Source: Eledone cirrhosa (taxonomy: Eukaryota). Taken from it: a DNA stretch of 64,000 bases. Under the pieces are notes generated by a model, which saw only the letters and a program-made list of their open reading frames with translations, ran no database searches and was not told the origin of the DNA. Both the position numbers and the translations under genes were made by a program. The stretch spans positions 112,158,001 to 112,222,000 of the forward strand of contig OZ024740.1 of assembly GCA_964016885.1 (NCBI GenBank), in the 5' to 3' direction. Positions 18,238 through 29,366 of the stretch are shown here, piece after piece (position 1 is the stretch's first letter; each line of letters opens with the position of its first letter).

Positions 18238-18530
18238 TTTAAAGGTTAAACAAGGTTCAATGAATAAATCAAAGAATGAGTTTTACAATAGATATATGGT
18301 TTTCCGGAGTTATTAATATTAATTCAAAATATTAACAAGAATAGACATTCGTGTGATCAATTATATTTTATTATACATATTTCAGAGGTACTGAGCTATC
18401 TTCAACAGTACGTCCTCATCAGATAAAATAAGATGATGCATGACATACCCTGACATAGTAGATGATTAAGATTCAGTCATGGTAAAATATACTTGATCAC
18501 ACGAATGTCTATTTTTGTTAATATTTTGAA

Positions 18531-18537
<7 letters not shown>
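18238..18537 (-). mobile_element. Hammerhead-bearing module in (TA)n (family H2)
   Basis: 45-bp inverted repeat 18316-18360 / 18493-18537; second copy of the body at 57663-57833. Confidence 0.7.
18364..18430 (-). ncRNA. Type I hammerhead ribozyme with intact core
   Basis: TATTTTAT-CTGATGA-GGACGTACTG(loop)CAGTACCTCT-GAAA-TATGTA-TA-ATAAAATA: 8-bp stem I, long stem II, minimal quasi-palindromic stem III. Confidence 0.75.
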
Positions 18538-18577
<40 letters not shown>

Positions 18578-18757
18578 AGGACTACAATAGGTTAATCTAA
18601 CTCCTATAATGATCTCCCTACCACGGTTTCAAGAATAAAAGAAACAATACCACCCATTTCAAATCATTGAATAACCAATATTGGAAGAACTTACTCTAGC
18701 CTCGACAACAAAATGGTCTGTATAATTTATGATTAATATATATATATATATATATAT

Positions 18758-19158
18758 ATGAATGTATATATAGTGTATTTTGCAATACACTGTATGCTTA
18801 ATTAAAATCATTTTGAAGTCCTTACGCTATTGTTTTAAAGTAGCGACAATGTCACTTACTTCAATTTTCAGCAAACAGGGGAGATAACTGACAGAGCTCT
18901 GTTTCGTACTTGCTGGTACTTATCAAAGCTCACCACGCCTCCTGTTTGCCGAAAATTATGAATGTTGGATTCTTATAGAATTCCAGTAATAATCAGGAAC
19001 TGATTATACAGAGCGGTTGCCGGTCCAGCAAAAATTGAAAATTAGAATTGGTGCTCTGAAATAGCGATATATATATATGAATATATATATAGTGTATTTT
19101 GCAATACACGGTATGCTTAATTAAAAGCATTTTGAAGACCTTACACTATTGTTTTAAA
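18758..19158 (-). mobile_element. Family H1 module: one ~319-nt monomer plus a partial second tandem copy
   Basis: ATGAAT(G/A)TATATATAGTGTATTTTGCAATACAC starts at 18758 and again at 19077; flanked by (TA)n. Confidence 0.8.
18865..18955 (-). ncRNA. Type I hammerhead ribozyme with extended stem I (CUGAUGA box mutated to UUGAUAA)
   Basis: TTTTCGGCAAACAGG...AGCT-TTGATAA-GTAC(CAGCAA)GTAC-GAAAC-AGAGCTCT-GTC-AGTT...CCTGTTTGCTGAAAA. Confidence 0.75.
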
Positions 19159-20169
19159 TATATATATACACACACATACACTAGGCCACACGTATAGTTT
19201 TAAATCTCCAGACCAGTTTACCACACGTAAGGAGACGTGTGTTTGTATTCTTTAAGGAATTCTTTTTCATTTTGGAAACATAGCTGATTCAATTTTAGTA
19301 GTTAGTTACCATCAGTTTTCCTCCCACCCAGCTTACAGAAAGTTCAATATAGATGCCATAACACAGCTAATACCCCTGCTCAACACAGTATAAACAAGAC
19401 AAGTAGAAACTGACTATATAGATTTTTTGATAAAAACATCAAATAGTTCTTTGAAAAGACAGTCTTAAGCTGTTTCAATTAAGATCTATGATGATACCTT
19501 TGAAATGTTGAACTCTTCTTCAGACGTTGTCTCCAACTGTTCCAAAATGTATCCGTTCTTTTATCCATACTTACCATTTCTTGGTTTCTGTTGTGATTTG
19601 TTTGCGTTGGATTTGAAAGCTTTATGATAATTCTAGAATGTGTTTACCAAAGGGTATTAGACATTATTTATAGATTCCAACTGCTTCTTTCAATTATTCA
19701 CTTTAGAAATTTATTGTTTTCGTATTTTCTGTTTATTACAAATTCGGTAAAGATAAGGCGGTTGATTTAACAGAGTGATTAGAACATTGGATATTTGTTC
19801 TGGCTCTGTTCGCTTTGTGTTCAGATACCACCAAGGTTCATTTTGCTTTTCATCTTTCATGGTCGATAAAGAAAGTATTAGCTTACTGCTGATACGGCCT
19901 CTCTCCTTCCAACTGTCACATCTTCGATGATTGAGGGTGTGTCTGTCTTTTGTCGCGACTAATTAGACACCGAAAACCCATAACAAAGGCACAGTATAAT
20001 TACTACCAAATCATACTTGATTGTGGGTGATGACCGTAGTCATTTAGTAGTTCAGTAAATATAGTCATTGCAATCCTGTTTATATATCTAAAGATTAACC
20101 CTGCCCTACTCGAATGATTTTTCTCTGAATTTGAGATGAATAATTGCAGTTTTCTTATACTTCGCTAGT

Positions 20170-20568
20170 GTGGTAGATTGGCAGTATCGGTAAAGGGTTG
20201 GAAAACATGCTTTGCGGCATATGGTTATGCCCCTTTACGTTCTGAGTTCAAAGTCTGCCTATTATCCTTACAGCGTCGATAAATTAAAGCCCCAGGAAAA
20301 CACTGGGGTCAGTTTAATCGACTTTCTCCTCCCCCGCAATCGTTGGCCTTGTGCCTAAATCAGAAACCATTATTACTGCGGACGATTGGCAGTATTGGTA
20401 GAGGATCGGACTCCATGCTTTGACGCATAGAGTTATGGCCCTTGCTATTCTGAGTTCAAATCCCGCCGAGCTTAACTTTGACTTTCATCCTTACGGGGTC
20501 GATAAAATAAAGTACCAGTAATGTACTGGATAATTGCTGGCCTTGTGCCAAAAGTAGAAACAATTATT
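20170..20568 (+). mobile_element. Two tandem SINE family A copies
   Basis: Family A motifs at 20170-20374 and 20378-20568. Confidence 0.88.
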
Positions 20569-21575
20569 ACTGGATCTTCTAATGTCTAGTTTCAGCAAGG
20601 ACCTTAGACAAACAGTACTTTTATAATTATATCTGCATTGCCTCACTGGGCAGTCTTTTGTAGGAGAGCAATTTGTGTTTCGGGGTGTTTGTTGAAGATG
20701 TCCTCTTAGCTTTAGTGGTATCAAACTCAATCTTCGATGACAACTGGAATGATTTTGATGTTGTTGGGTGGCATTGACTACAATCTTGTGATTTCGATCT
20801 TCATATCAGTATTGTTACTTTTTCAATTTCTTTCTTGTGTCTTGGGATAGTAGCACCAATAATCTGAGATTATTGCGGTGGATTGGCAGTATCGGTAGAG
20901 GGTCAGACGCCATGCTTTGCAAGCAAGGAGTTACGGCCCTTTATTGTCTGAGTTCAAATCCCGCCGAGGTTACTTTGCCTTTCATCCTTATGGGGTCGAT
21001 AAAATAAAGTACCAGTAATACACTGGGAAAATTGCTGGCCTTGTGCCAAAAGTAGAAACAATTATTACCTATTTGGTGGATTGGCAGTATCGGTAGAGCG
21101 TCAGACACCATGCTTTGCAGCATAGTCATGGCCCTTTACGTTCTGAGTTCAAATCCTGCCGAGGTTAACTTTGCCTTTCATCCTACGGGTTCGATAAAAT
21201 AAAGCACCAGTAATACACTAGGGTAATTGCTGGCCTTGTGCCAAAAGTAGAAACAATTATTACCTATTTCTGAATATAACTACAATATCAGTTTTGTGTT
21301 CAAGTCTGCGGTCCACTTCGTCAATGAAGTTCCAAAATATCTTAGTTTTTGTCTCTGTCACCAAGGACACGTCTAAGATATACTGGAACCACTTATCAGA
21401 CATTTGATAGCCATATTTTTTGCACATTGGCCAATGAAGTTACATACAAACCGTATCGTGACTTTCATACACTTTTTTGAAATCGCATTTTCCCCACGTT
21501 CACTATGTGGGTGACACTTTCTGTATTAATTCCACACAGACGGCACTTTAGACTTTCACCAAGATGATATATTCC
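20566..21575 (-). pseudogene. 3' fragment of an R4/Dong-clade non-LTR retrotransposon (CCHC zinc finger plus restriction-like endonuclease), interrupted by SINEs
   Basis: Hand translation of the minus strand: KCRLCGINTESVTHIV...HDTVCM*LHWPMCKKYG...KW...KIFWNF...DIVV, then KEIEK...DMKIEITRL*...IKIIPVVI...IPLKLRGHL...LLQKTA...IIIKVL. Contains stops and frameshifts; adjoins (TAA/TTA)n at 21578-21626. Confidence 0.7.
20875..21261 (+). mobile_element. Two tandem SINE family A copies nested in the R4/Dong fragment
   Basis: 14-bp duplication ATTATTACCTATTT at 21061-21074 and 21256-21269. Confidence 0.9.
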
Positions 21576-22159
21576 TTTAATTATTATTGCTATTATTATA
21601 AATAATAATAATAATAATAATAATAACATAGATAAATAAGAAAGACCAAAACATTAGATATATATAAACAAAGGAAATAAAAATGATTGATAGATATACA
21701 GGCGATAAATAGATAAGATAGTGTACAGACAGACAGCTATCGAGATACGTAAACAGACACGTGTGTATGTGTGTATGCATGTATGTATGTATTATTCATG
21801 TATGTATGTATGTACGTATGTATTATGCATGTATATATGTTTGTCAAAAGAGAGACATGCATACAGACAGATACACAGATATAGAGATAAGGAAGCAAAC
21901 ACTTGTATATGTGCGTATATATGTGTGTGAAGAAAGACAGACAGTCTGACAGACATAAAGATATAGAGATAAATAAGCAGACACTTGTGTATATGAGTAT
22001 GTATGATTATGTATGTGTGACAGGAAAGAGAGACAGACACAGAGACATACACAGATATAGAGATAAGCAGACGATTGCGTATGTATGTACGTATGTGTAT
22101 ATGTATGTATACATGTATGTATGTATGTATGTACGTATGTATGTCTATATGTATGTATG

Positions 22160-22192
<33 letters not shown>

Positions 22193-22227
22193 GTATGTAT
22201 ATATGTATGTATATATGTATATATTAT

Positions 22228-22700
22228 GGTCAGGTCACCAGTTGGTGCTACTGGTAACATGTATCCCAGTACAACCTGTCTCATGGTCGGGTCGTTGGCG
22301 ACTAAACTGGCAACCCCACCAAGGTTTCTTGGTGAGGAGGGTGACTTTGGACATCCTGCAGGACTAAAAACAAAACCTGTCAAAGGGCAAAGGAGCTCTT
22401 AAGACTCAATGGCCATCCAAAATCACCGGGAGAGATGACCCCTTAGCCTTTGTCAAGGCAGAATTCTAGGAGAAGGAAAACTCTGATATAATACCTGCAA
22501 CCCTGATGGTATCCAATGATGTTGACTTGTTCTTCTTTTTGGTAAATATCATCTTGGTTAAGAGAGTGGGACTGGCTTTGTGCAGTGCCTTTTGCTCACT
22601 ATAAAAGCTTCACGGCACAGGCATTGCTTTATATCTGGAGATCTCTCTACAGTTGTCGTCACATGGTACCATGGGCCCAGAACTATGTGTCAATAATTGT
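22228..22700 (+). mobile_element. Probable 5' UTR fragment of an RTE-clade LINE
   Basis: GC-richer island containing ACCCCTTAG...CTAGGAGAAGGAAAACTCTGA, a motif I associate with RTE 5' regions. Recognised from memory only. Confidence 0.4.
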
Positions 22701-24098
22701 CACAAGTGTAGTGTTTGTACCAGAGTTTTCAAGTCGCTGGCTGGACTAAAAAGTCACACTCGTTCAGCGCATCGGTAGGGGTTCTCCTACATGGATATAA
22801 AGTAGTGGCCGTACTCGAAAACGAGTTGGCAGTCACCATATACGTATGTATATATGTATGTATGTGTGTATGTACATATGTATGTATATTTGTAAGTATG
22901 TATATTGTGTGTGTATGTATATATGTATGTATATATGTGTACACGTATGTACAAATAGATGTACTGTATACATTTTTTATGTGAACAGTGAAGCAGATAT
23001 ACAGATATACTGATAAGCAGACGCGAGTGTGTGTGTGTCTGAGTGAGTGAATGTGTGTGTGTGTGCGTGTGTCTGTGTGTGTGTCTAAATGTGTGCGTGT
23101 GTGTTTGTGTGTATATGTGTGTATATGCGTGTGTGTGTGTGTTTGTGTCTGTGTGTGTCTGGGTGTGTGTGTGTGTGTGTCCACCACCACCAATACCACC
23201 ACCAACACCAGCAACACCAGCAACACCACCACCGACACCACCAACATCACCAACACCACCAGCACCACCACCAACATCACTAACACCAACACCAACACCA
23301 CCATCATGTCTGAATATGTGTGTGTGTCTGAGTGTGTGTGTATATGTGTGTGTATGCGTATGGGTGTGTGTGTGTGTGTTTGTGTCTGTGTGTGTGTGAG
23401 TGTGTGTGTGTGTGTGTGTGGAAAGAAGGAGCGAGAGTGGCTTATTAGTAAAAATGGAACAGTAAAAAAAAAATATATGGACCTGATTGATTGATAGTTT
23501 AAAAACAAACACACACAAAACTGGACCGAAAAATAAAAATATATACTAAAAATAATAAAAGAGAAAGACTTAAAATAAATAATTAATACGAGGGTGAAAA
23601 GTAGGGAGATAGATGGAGATAAAGTCAGGATATGGGTGATAATGGCGTTTGTGTATATATGTGTGTATATGGGAATATATGTATGTGTGTCTATATATGT
23701 GTGTCTGTATATGTGTGTCTCTATATGTGTGTCTGTATATGTGTATATATGTTTGTATATATGTGCATGTGTGGTATGTGTACATGTGTGTGTATGTTTG
23801 TATACACACACACATATATATATATATATGTGTATAAGTACGTACGTATGTACGTATATATGTATATATATGTACGTATGTATATATATATATGTGTGTG
23901 TGTGTGTATGTGTATTTGTGTGTGTGTGTATGTGTATGTGGGTGAGTGTGTGAATATCTATGTGGGTGTCTGTATGTGTGTGCAGTGTTGGGTGGTCACT
24001 TGGATAGCGAGGAACATTAGCAGAGGAAACCCATTCTTTTAACTAGAGGCCAAAGATGTCAACGTCTGCTTACTTGCTGCTGCTGTTGCTGCTGCTGT

Positions 24099-24130
<32 letters not shown>

Positions 24131-24769
24131 CTGTCTATGATATGGAGAGCACTTAACCACTTACAGCCAATTTCACAGTTTCCACACTAACACTGCCGTC
24201 ATCGTCACAACCCTTCCGCCATTTTAGCAATGTCATCTTTGTCACTGCTACATACCAACAACAACATCATTAGAGCAAGTATCATCATCGCCACAACCAA
24301 CACAGCTAGCTTCACTTTCATCATGATGATGGTGATTGTTGTATTGGTGGTAGTGGTAATGGTGGTGGTGGTGGTAGTGAATGTTGTGTTAGTGGTGGTG
24401 GTGGTGGTTGTGGTGGTGATGGTAATGTTGTTGCTATTGGGAGTGGTGGTAGTAATGATAGTATGATGATGGAGGTGGTAGTAAGAGTAGGCTGGTAATG
24501 GTGGTTGTGATAATGATGGTGGTGGTAGTAAGAGTAGATATTGGTAATGGTGGTTGTGATATTGACAATGGTGGTGGTAGTTTAATGTAAGTACAACTGT
24601 ATATCTAAACATAGTTTTTGTTTAATTCTTAATGAAAGAATTTACTTCACATCCTCGAGAATTCGGGTTCAAATATCACTGCCTGACAGATTGAGCTAAT
24701 ATCTCTTGGAGTCTCAAGTTGACCAATAACTACCAGTAGGAAATGGTAAATAATAAATATATTACTACT

Positions 24770-25106
24770 GAATGCATGGCTTAGTGGTTAGAGCATTGGG
24801 TTTGCAAACGGAAGGTTGTGAGTTCGATTCTCGGACCGGGTGATGCGTTGTGTCATTGAGCACGACACTTTATTTCACGTTGCTCCATTTACTCAGCTGT
24901 AGAAATGAGTTGCGACGTCACTGTTATCAAGTTGTATTGGCCATTGCCTTTCTCTTGGCCATCATCGGTGGCGTGGAGAGGGAAGACTGGTATATATGGG
25001 TGATTGCTGGTCTTCCACAAACAAACTTTCCCGGTCTTCTACTTCGGAGGGAAATTTTCTAGGTGCATATCCCATGGCCATTCGTGACCGAAGGGGGTCT
25101 TTACCC
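24770..25106 (+). mobile_element. tRNA-derived SINE family B
   Basis: A-box TGGCTTAGTGG, B-box GTTCGATTC, then GTGTCATTGAGCACGACACTTTATTTCACGTTGCTCC shared with about 33795-33865, 62565-62855 and 35740-36060 (-). Confidence 0.8.
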
Positions 25107-25279
25107 TACTACTGAACTAAAGGTTAGCTAAAAGTGATTTGAGTCACATACATGAGTGTGTGTCCATGAAACATATACACATACTCAAGGTCCGAGCACA
25201 AAAGAACCAAACTCCCACAGTCACAGCCTCCGCTCTCCCCATCTCTCATTATCATGAGCAAATGAGGGCCTACACGCTG

Positions 25280-25650
25280 GACGTCCCGCAGCCCCGGCTG
25301 ACAGAATGGAGAAAGTGTTTCCCCGGAGGATGGTGAGGGAGTCGCGCTGAAAGAGCCATTCCAGTTCATGAGGCTCACATCTGCGGGTAGTCAACTCTGT
25401 GCCAATGGTAGTGAGCAGGGAGGTGGCTCTGGGGCCAAGGACACCAGATGTCTCCACTGCCACGGGCTCGATCGCAAGCCTGTCGGAGAGCGACCGATAT
25501 TTTGAGAGTTTACACTCCTTGGCCCGAAATGCAGCAGAGCCTGGGTTAGTCGTAGACTGCAACCAGGTTGCCACCGGAGTGAATTTTGTTTAACGGAAAC
25601 TGCAGAAGCCCGTTGCATATGTGTTTATATACCGTAAGTTAGCAGTTCGA
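25280..25650 (-). pseudogene. C-terminal restriction-like endonuclease fragment of a CRE-like non-LTR retrotransposon
   Basis: ORF 25221..25574(-): PGSAAFRAKECKLSKYRSL...EPVAVETSGVLG...WLFQRDSLTILRGN. The K..KY, P..VET.G and QR.S....RGN pattern is typical of CRE-type RLE domains. Confidence 0.7.
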
Positions 25651-25812
25651 CAACAAGAGATCGGTATAATAGGTACTAAATCTGCAAAAAACCACTGTAG
25701 TAAATATAATCGAGTCAATTTATTCAAACCTGAGTCCCAGCATGGCCGCTGCCAAATGTTTGGGTCTAATAAAAGAGCAAAACTAATTAGAACCATTATT
25801 GATATATTTCAA

Positions 25813-26006
25813 AGGGCGGTGGATTGGCAGTATCGGTAGAGGGTCGGACGCCATGCTTTGACGTATAGAGTTACGGCCCTTGCCATTCTGAGTTCAAATC
25901 CCGCCGAGGTTAACTTTGCCTTTCATCCTTATGGGGTCGATAAAATAAAGTACCAGTAATACACTGGGTGATTGCTGGCCTTGTGCCAAATGTAGAAACA
26001 ATTATT
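25813..26006 (+). mobile_element. Young full-length SINE family A with 17-bp TSD
   Basis: ATTATTGATATATTTCA at 25795-25811 and 26001-26017. Confidence 0.92.
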
Positions 26007-26899
26007 GATATATTTCATCTAAATCTATTTTCTTTAAAATAAGGATGCGCCTTATACGCTAGTGCGTAGTGTTCCTTAGAAAATACGGTAGATAAGACAG
26101 CCGTAAGAAGAGTGTGTAAGGAAGAGAATGTGTAGAAGGAGGGTGATCTCAAAAAGAGTGTTTGGGGAGCTGAAGTTTTGGAGGTAATAAATAGAGAGGG
26201 GGTGGGAAGAAGAATCAGACAGGAAGAGAGTAAGGATATAGAGTTAGAATGAGTGAGAGAGAGGGGAGAAAGAGGGGAAGGGGGAGAAAAATTAGTAAAT
26301 GAAGAAAAATAAGAGGAATGCGTAAGTGTGAGGAACAGAGAAACAGATATTAAGAAAGGGAAAGAAAAATGAGTGAGTGAAGGAGTGAAATTAAAAATAT
26401 GTATGCATGTGTGCACATATATATATATGTGTGTGTGTGTGTGTGTACGGGTGCATGTGTGAGAGAGAGAAAGAGAGAGAGACACTTCGTGTGTGTGTAA
26501 TGCTGTGTTTGTGGGAAAAAGCGAGAACGTACGCGAAAGTGTGACAGATAGACGGTAAAATCTGTGTGTGTGTGTGTGTGTCTTTGTGCGTGTGTGTGTG
26601 TGTGTCTTTGTGCGTGTGTGTCTTTGTGTGTGTCTTTGTGCGTGTGTGTGTCTGTGTGTGTGTGTGTGTCTTTGTGTGTGCGTGTCTTTGTGCGTGTGTG
26701 TGTCTGTGTGTGTGTGTGTGTCTTTGTGTGTGCGTGTCTTTGTGCGTGTGTGTGTCTTTGTGAGTGTGTGTCTTTGTACGTGTGTCTGTGTGCGCGTGGG
26801 TGTGGGTGTCTTTGTGTGTGTGTGTGTGTGTCTTCATGCGTGTGTGTGTGTGTGTGTGTGTCTTTGTGGGTGGGGGGTGCACGCGCGTGTGAGTCTGTG

Positions 26900-27260
26900 G
26901 ACGCAGCATGGCCGAGTGTTTAAGAAATTCACTTTGCAATCATTATGTCCTAGATTCGATCCCACTGCTTGGTGTCTTGGGCAAAGTGTTATTTACCATA
27001 GCTTCGGGTCGACTCAGGCTTGTGGAAGAAATTGGGTAGACGGAAACTACTTGGAAGCCCATCGGATGGATTGTGTGTGGTGCGATTCAAATGCCCAGGC
27101 GTGTTACATACAACGTCACGCTGAATCTTCCTGAGAATTATATTAAGTGTACACGTGTTTGTGGAATGCTCAGCCACTTATACGTTAATTTCATGAGTAT
27201 GCTGTTCCGTTGGTCGAACAATTGGAACGCTCATCATTGAAACTGACGTAGGTCCATTAA
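26900..27260 (+). mobile_element. tRNA-derived SINE (family B-related tail)
   Basis: TGGCCGAGTG A-box, TTCGATCCC B-box, GTCTTGGGCAAAGTG core; tail GTCACGCTGAATCTTCCTGAGAA...CTCAGCCACTTA shared with 62715-62855. Confidence 0.7.
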
Positions 27261-27632
27261 TTAAAAAGTGTGTTTGTTGGCAGAATATGGGTGGCGTGAA
27301 ACAAGCGAACAAGTGACGAGTCAATTCGGTCGCGCATGGTTGTTCGGTATAGTTGTATGGAAGAGAACTTACGCCCAGTTGATTAAGAGGCGGCAAAAAC
27401 ACACACACACTCATACATACACATCATACACACACACAGACACACAGGCACACGCACATACAAAAAACACAAACAAAAACAACAACAATATCCTCAGCTA
27501 GGTGAAGGTCACGTGGTTACACTGATTTATAGCGTCGGGAGGCAGCGGAACATAATTGAATCTAATTTTCAACAGGATACGTACACATACATACATAAAT
27601 ACATACATGGTTGCATATATAATGCACATGCA

Positions 27633-27720
<88 letters not shown>

Positions 27721-27744
27721 TATATATATATATATATATATATA

Positions 27745-27808
<64 letters not shown>

Positions 27809-27844
27809 TACATATATTATATATATATATATATATATATTTAC

Positions 27845-27893
<49 letters not shown>

Positions 27894-28287
27894 ATATATA
27901 TATATATACATGTATATATAACCATGCATACATATATCCATAAACTGATGTATACTCATGTGTGTGTGTATGTATAAATACCATATATAGAAATATTTAC
28001 GTATAATATATCATATATACTACATACACACACGTCATATATGCATTGTCTTTGACACGTGTCCTATACAATGATCTATCTATGCACATACACAACGAAA
28101 CGTTGGTGCACGCATGCTCAGACTATAAACAGTCGCGTGCATATAGCATATACAAATGCATGTCAACATACACACACACACACACATATATATATACACA
28201 CACACACACTTTCATCTACAAACACACTGATACACAAGCACACTCTTGTATAGCCTCATCTAGATAGATGGTTACGTAGATATATGA

Positions 28288-28330
<43 letters not shown>

Positions 28331-28375
28331 TGTTTCTTTATTAGCCACAGGGGCACAAAAGAAAGAGACAAATAC

Positions 28376-28376
<1 letters not shown>
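28331..28376 (-). mobile_element. 46-bp, severely 5'-truncated Tx1-like LINE (subfamily B) 3' end inside (GATA)n
   Basis: TGTTTCTTTATTAGCCACAGGGGCACAAAAGAAAGAGACAAATACA matches the 3' terminus at 42666 and 48635; (GATA)n on both sides. Confidence 0.9.
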
Positions 28377-28446
<70 letters not shown>

Positions 28447-28805
28447 CGCCGCTATATAAATAAATTGCAAGCTGGATGAATGAATTGATGGATGGATAGA
28501 TAGATACATAGATAGATAGATAGTTAGATAGACGAACTGTGACACATTAACACAAAAACATACAGGCTAATCATAGGAAGTCTAAGACAGGGCAAAGAAG
28601 CGAGATAAGAAGAAGAAAAAATGTTGAGTCAGTGAGGGCAAGGCGAACGTTGACATTGATAAATGTTGTTATGTTATTAACAAGACGACATCGGGATTGG
28701 TCTGTTACGGAATAGAATAGCATCGTCAGTAGCAATTTTGACATTGACACCAAGAATGCGTACATGCATATGGACATACGTATCCTACACATTGTACATA
28801 CATGC

Positions 28806-28841
<36 letters not shown>

Positions 28842-29069
28842 TTCTTTTGGATGCCAAAAGAAGCAATCGTTGAAACTTTGATGTCACTCCCACCTTTTTT
28901 CTTAGAAAATAAATCTTATACTGTGCTCACATGTTTTGAGTTCTCGTTCAGTTACTTTTTGAACATTTTATGTACATTAGCATTTAAAACATCCCCTTCT
29001 TTACAAACACACATTGAATATATTGTAGCCACAATGTAGATAACTATAGATAATAGTTGAATAGACAGT

Positions 29070-29340
29070 TCGGCTTTGTATTAGAACGTGCGTTGATTGA
29101 AGACAATTTTTTGAAGACATTGCTGTGAGTATTGTTATACAAAGTTGTTCATCATATTGTAATTCCTTCAGGCTAACTCCGACATTTTAATAGCTTTCAA
29201 ATAATTATTGTTAATTTTATATTTCTTATAGATACACTTCGACAAACTTGTGTCCAAAATTCTTTCAGGATATCTGAAAGTGTGTTGATGTTGATTAAAT
29301 CTTAATTTAAAATGATTATCAGCAACCCGATATAATCCTT
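29070..29340 (-). pseudogene. Degenerate GIY-YIG endonuclease of a Penelope-like element
   Basis: Hand translation: KDYIG / (frameshift) VADNHFKLRFNQHQHTFRYPERILDTSLSKCIYK, matching the PLE pattern YIG....FK.R...H...F.......T.LS..I. Confidence 0.6.
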
Positions 29341-29366
29341 AGGAAAGGAGTTGTTAACTACAAATA

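Noticed and set aside
19370-19750. Possible degraded LINE coding fragment
   Set aside because: Hand translation gave no motif I could assign with confidence.
24775-24840. tRNA genes suggested by A-box/B-box motifs
   Set aside because: No complete cloverleaf, and each continues into a repeated SINE body.
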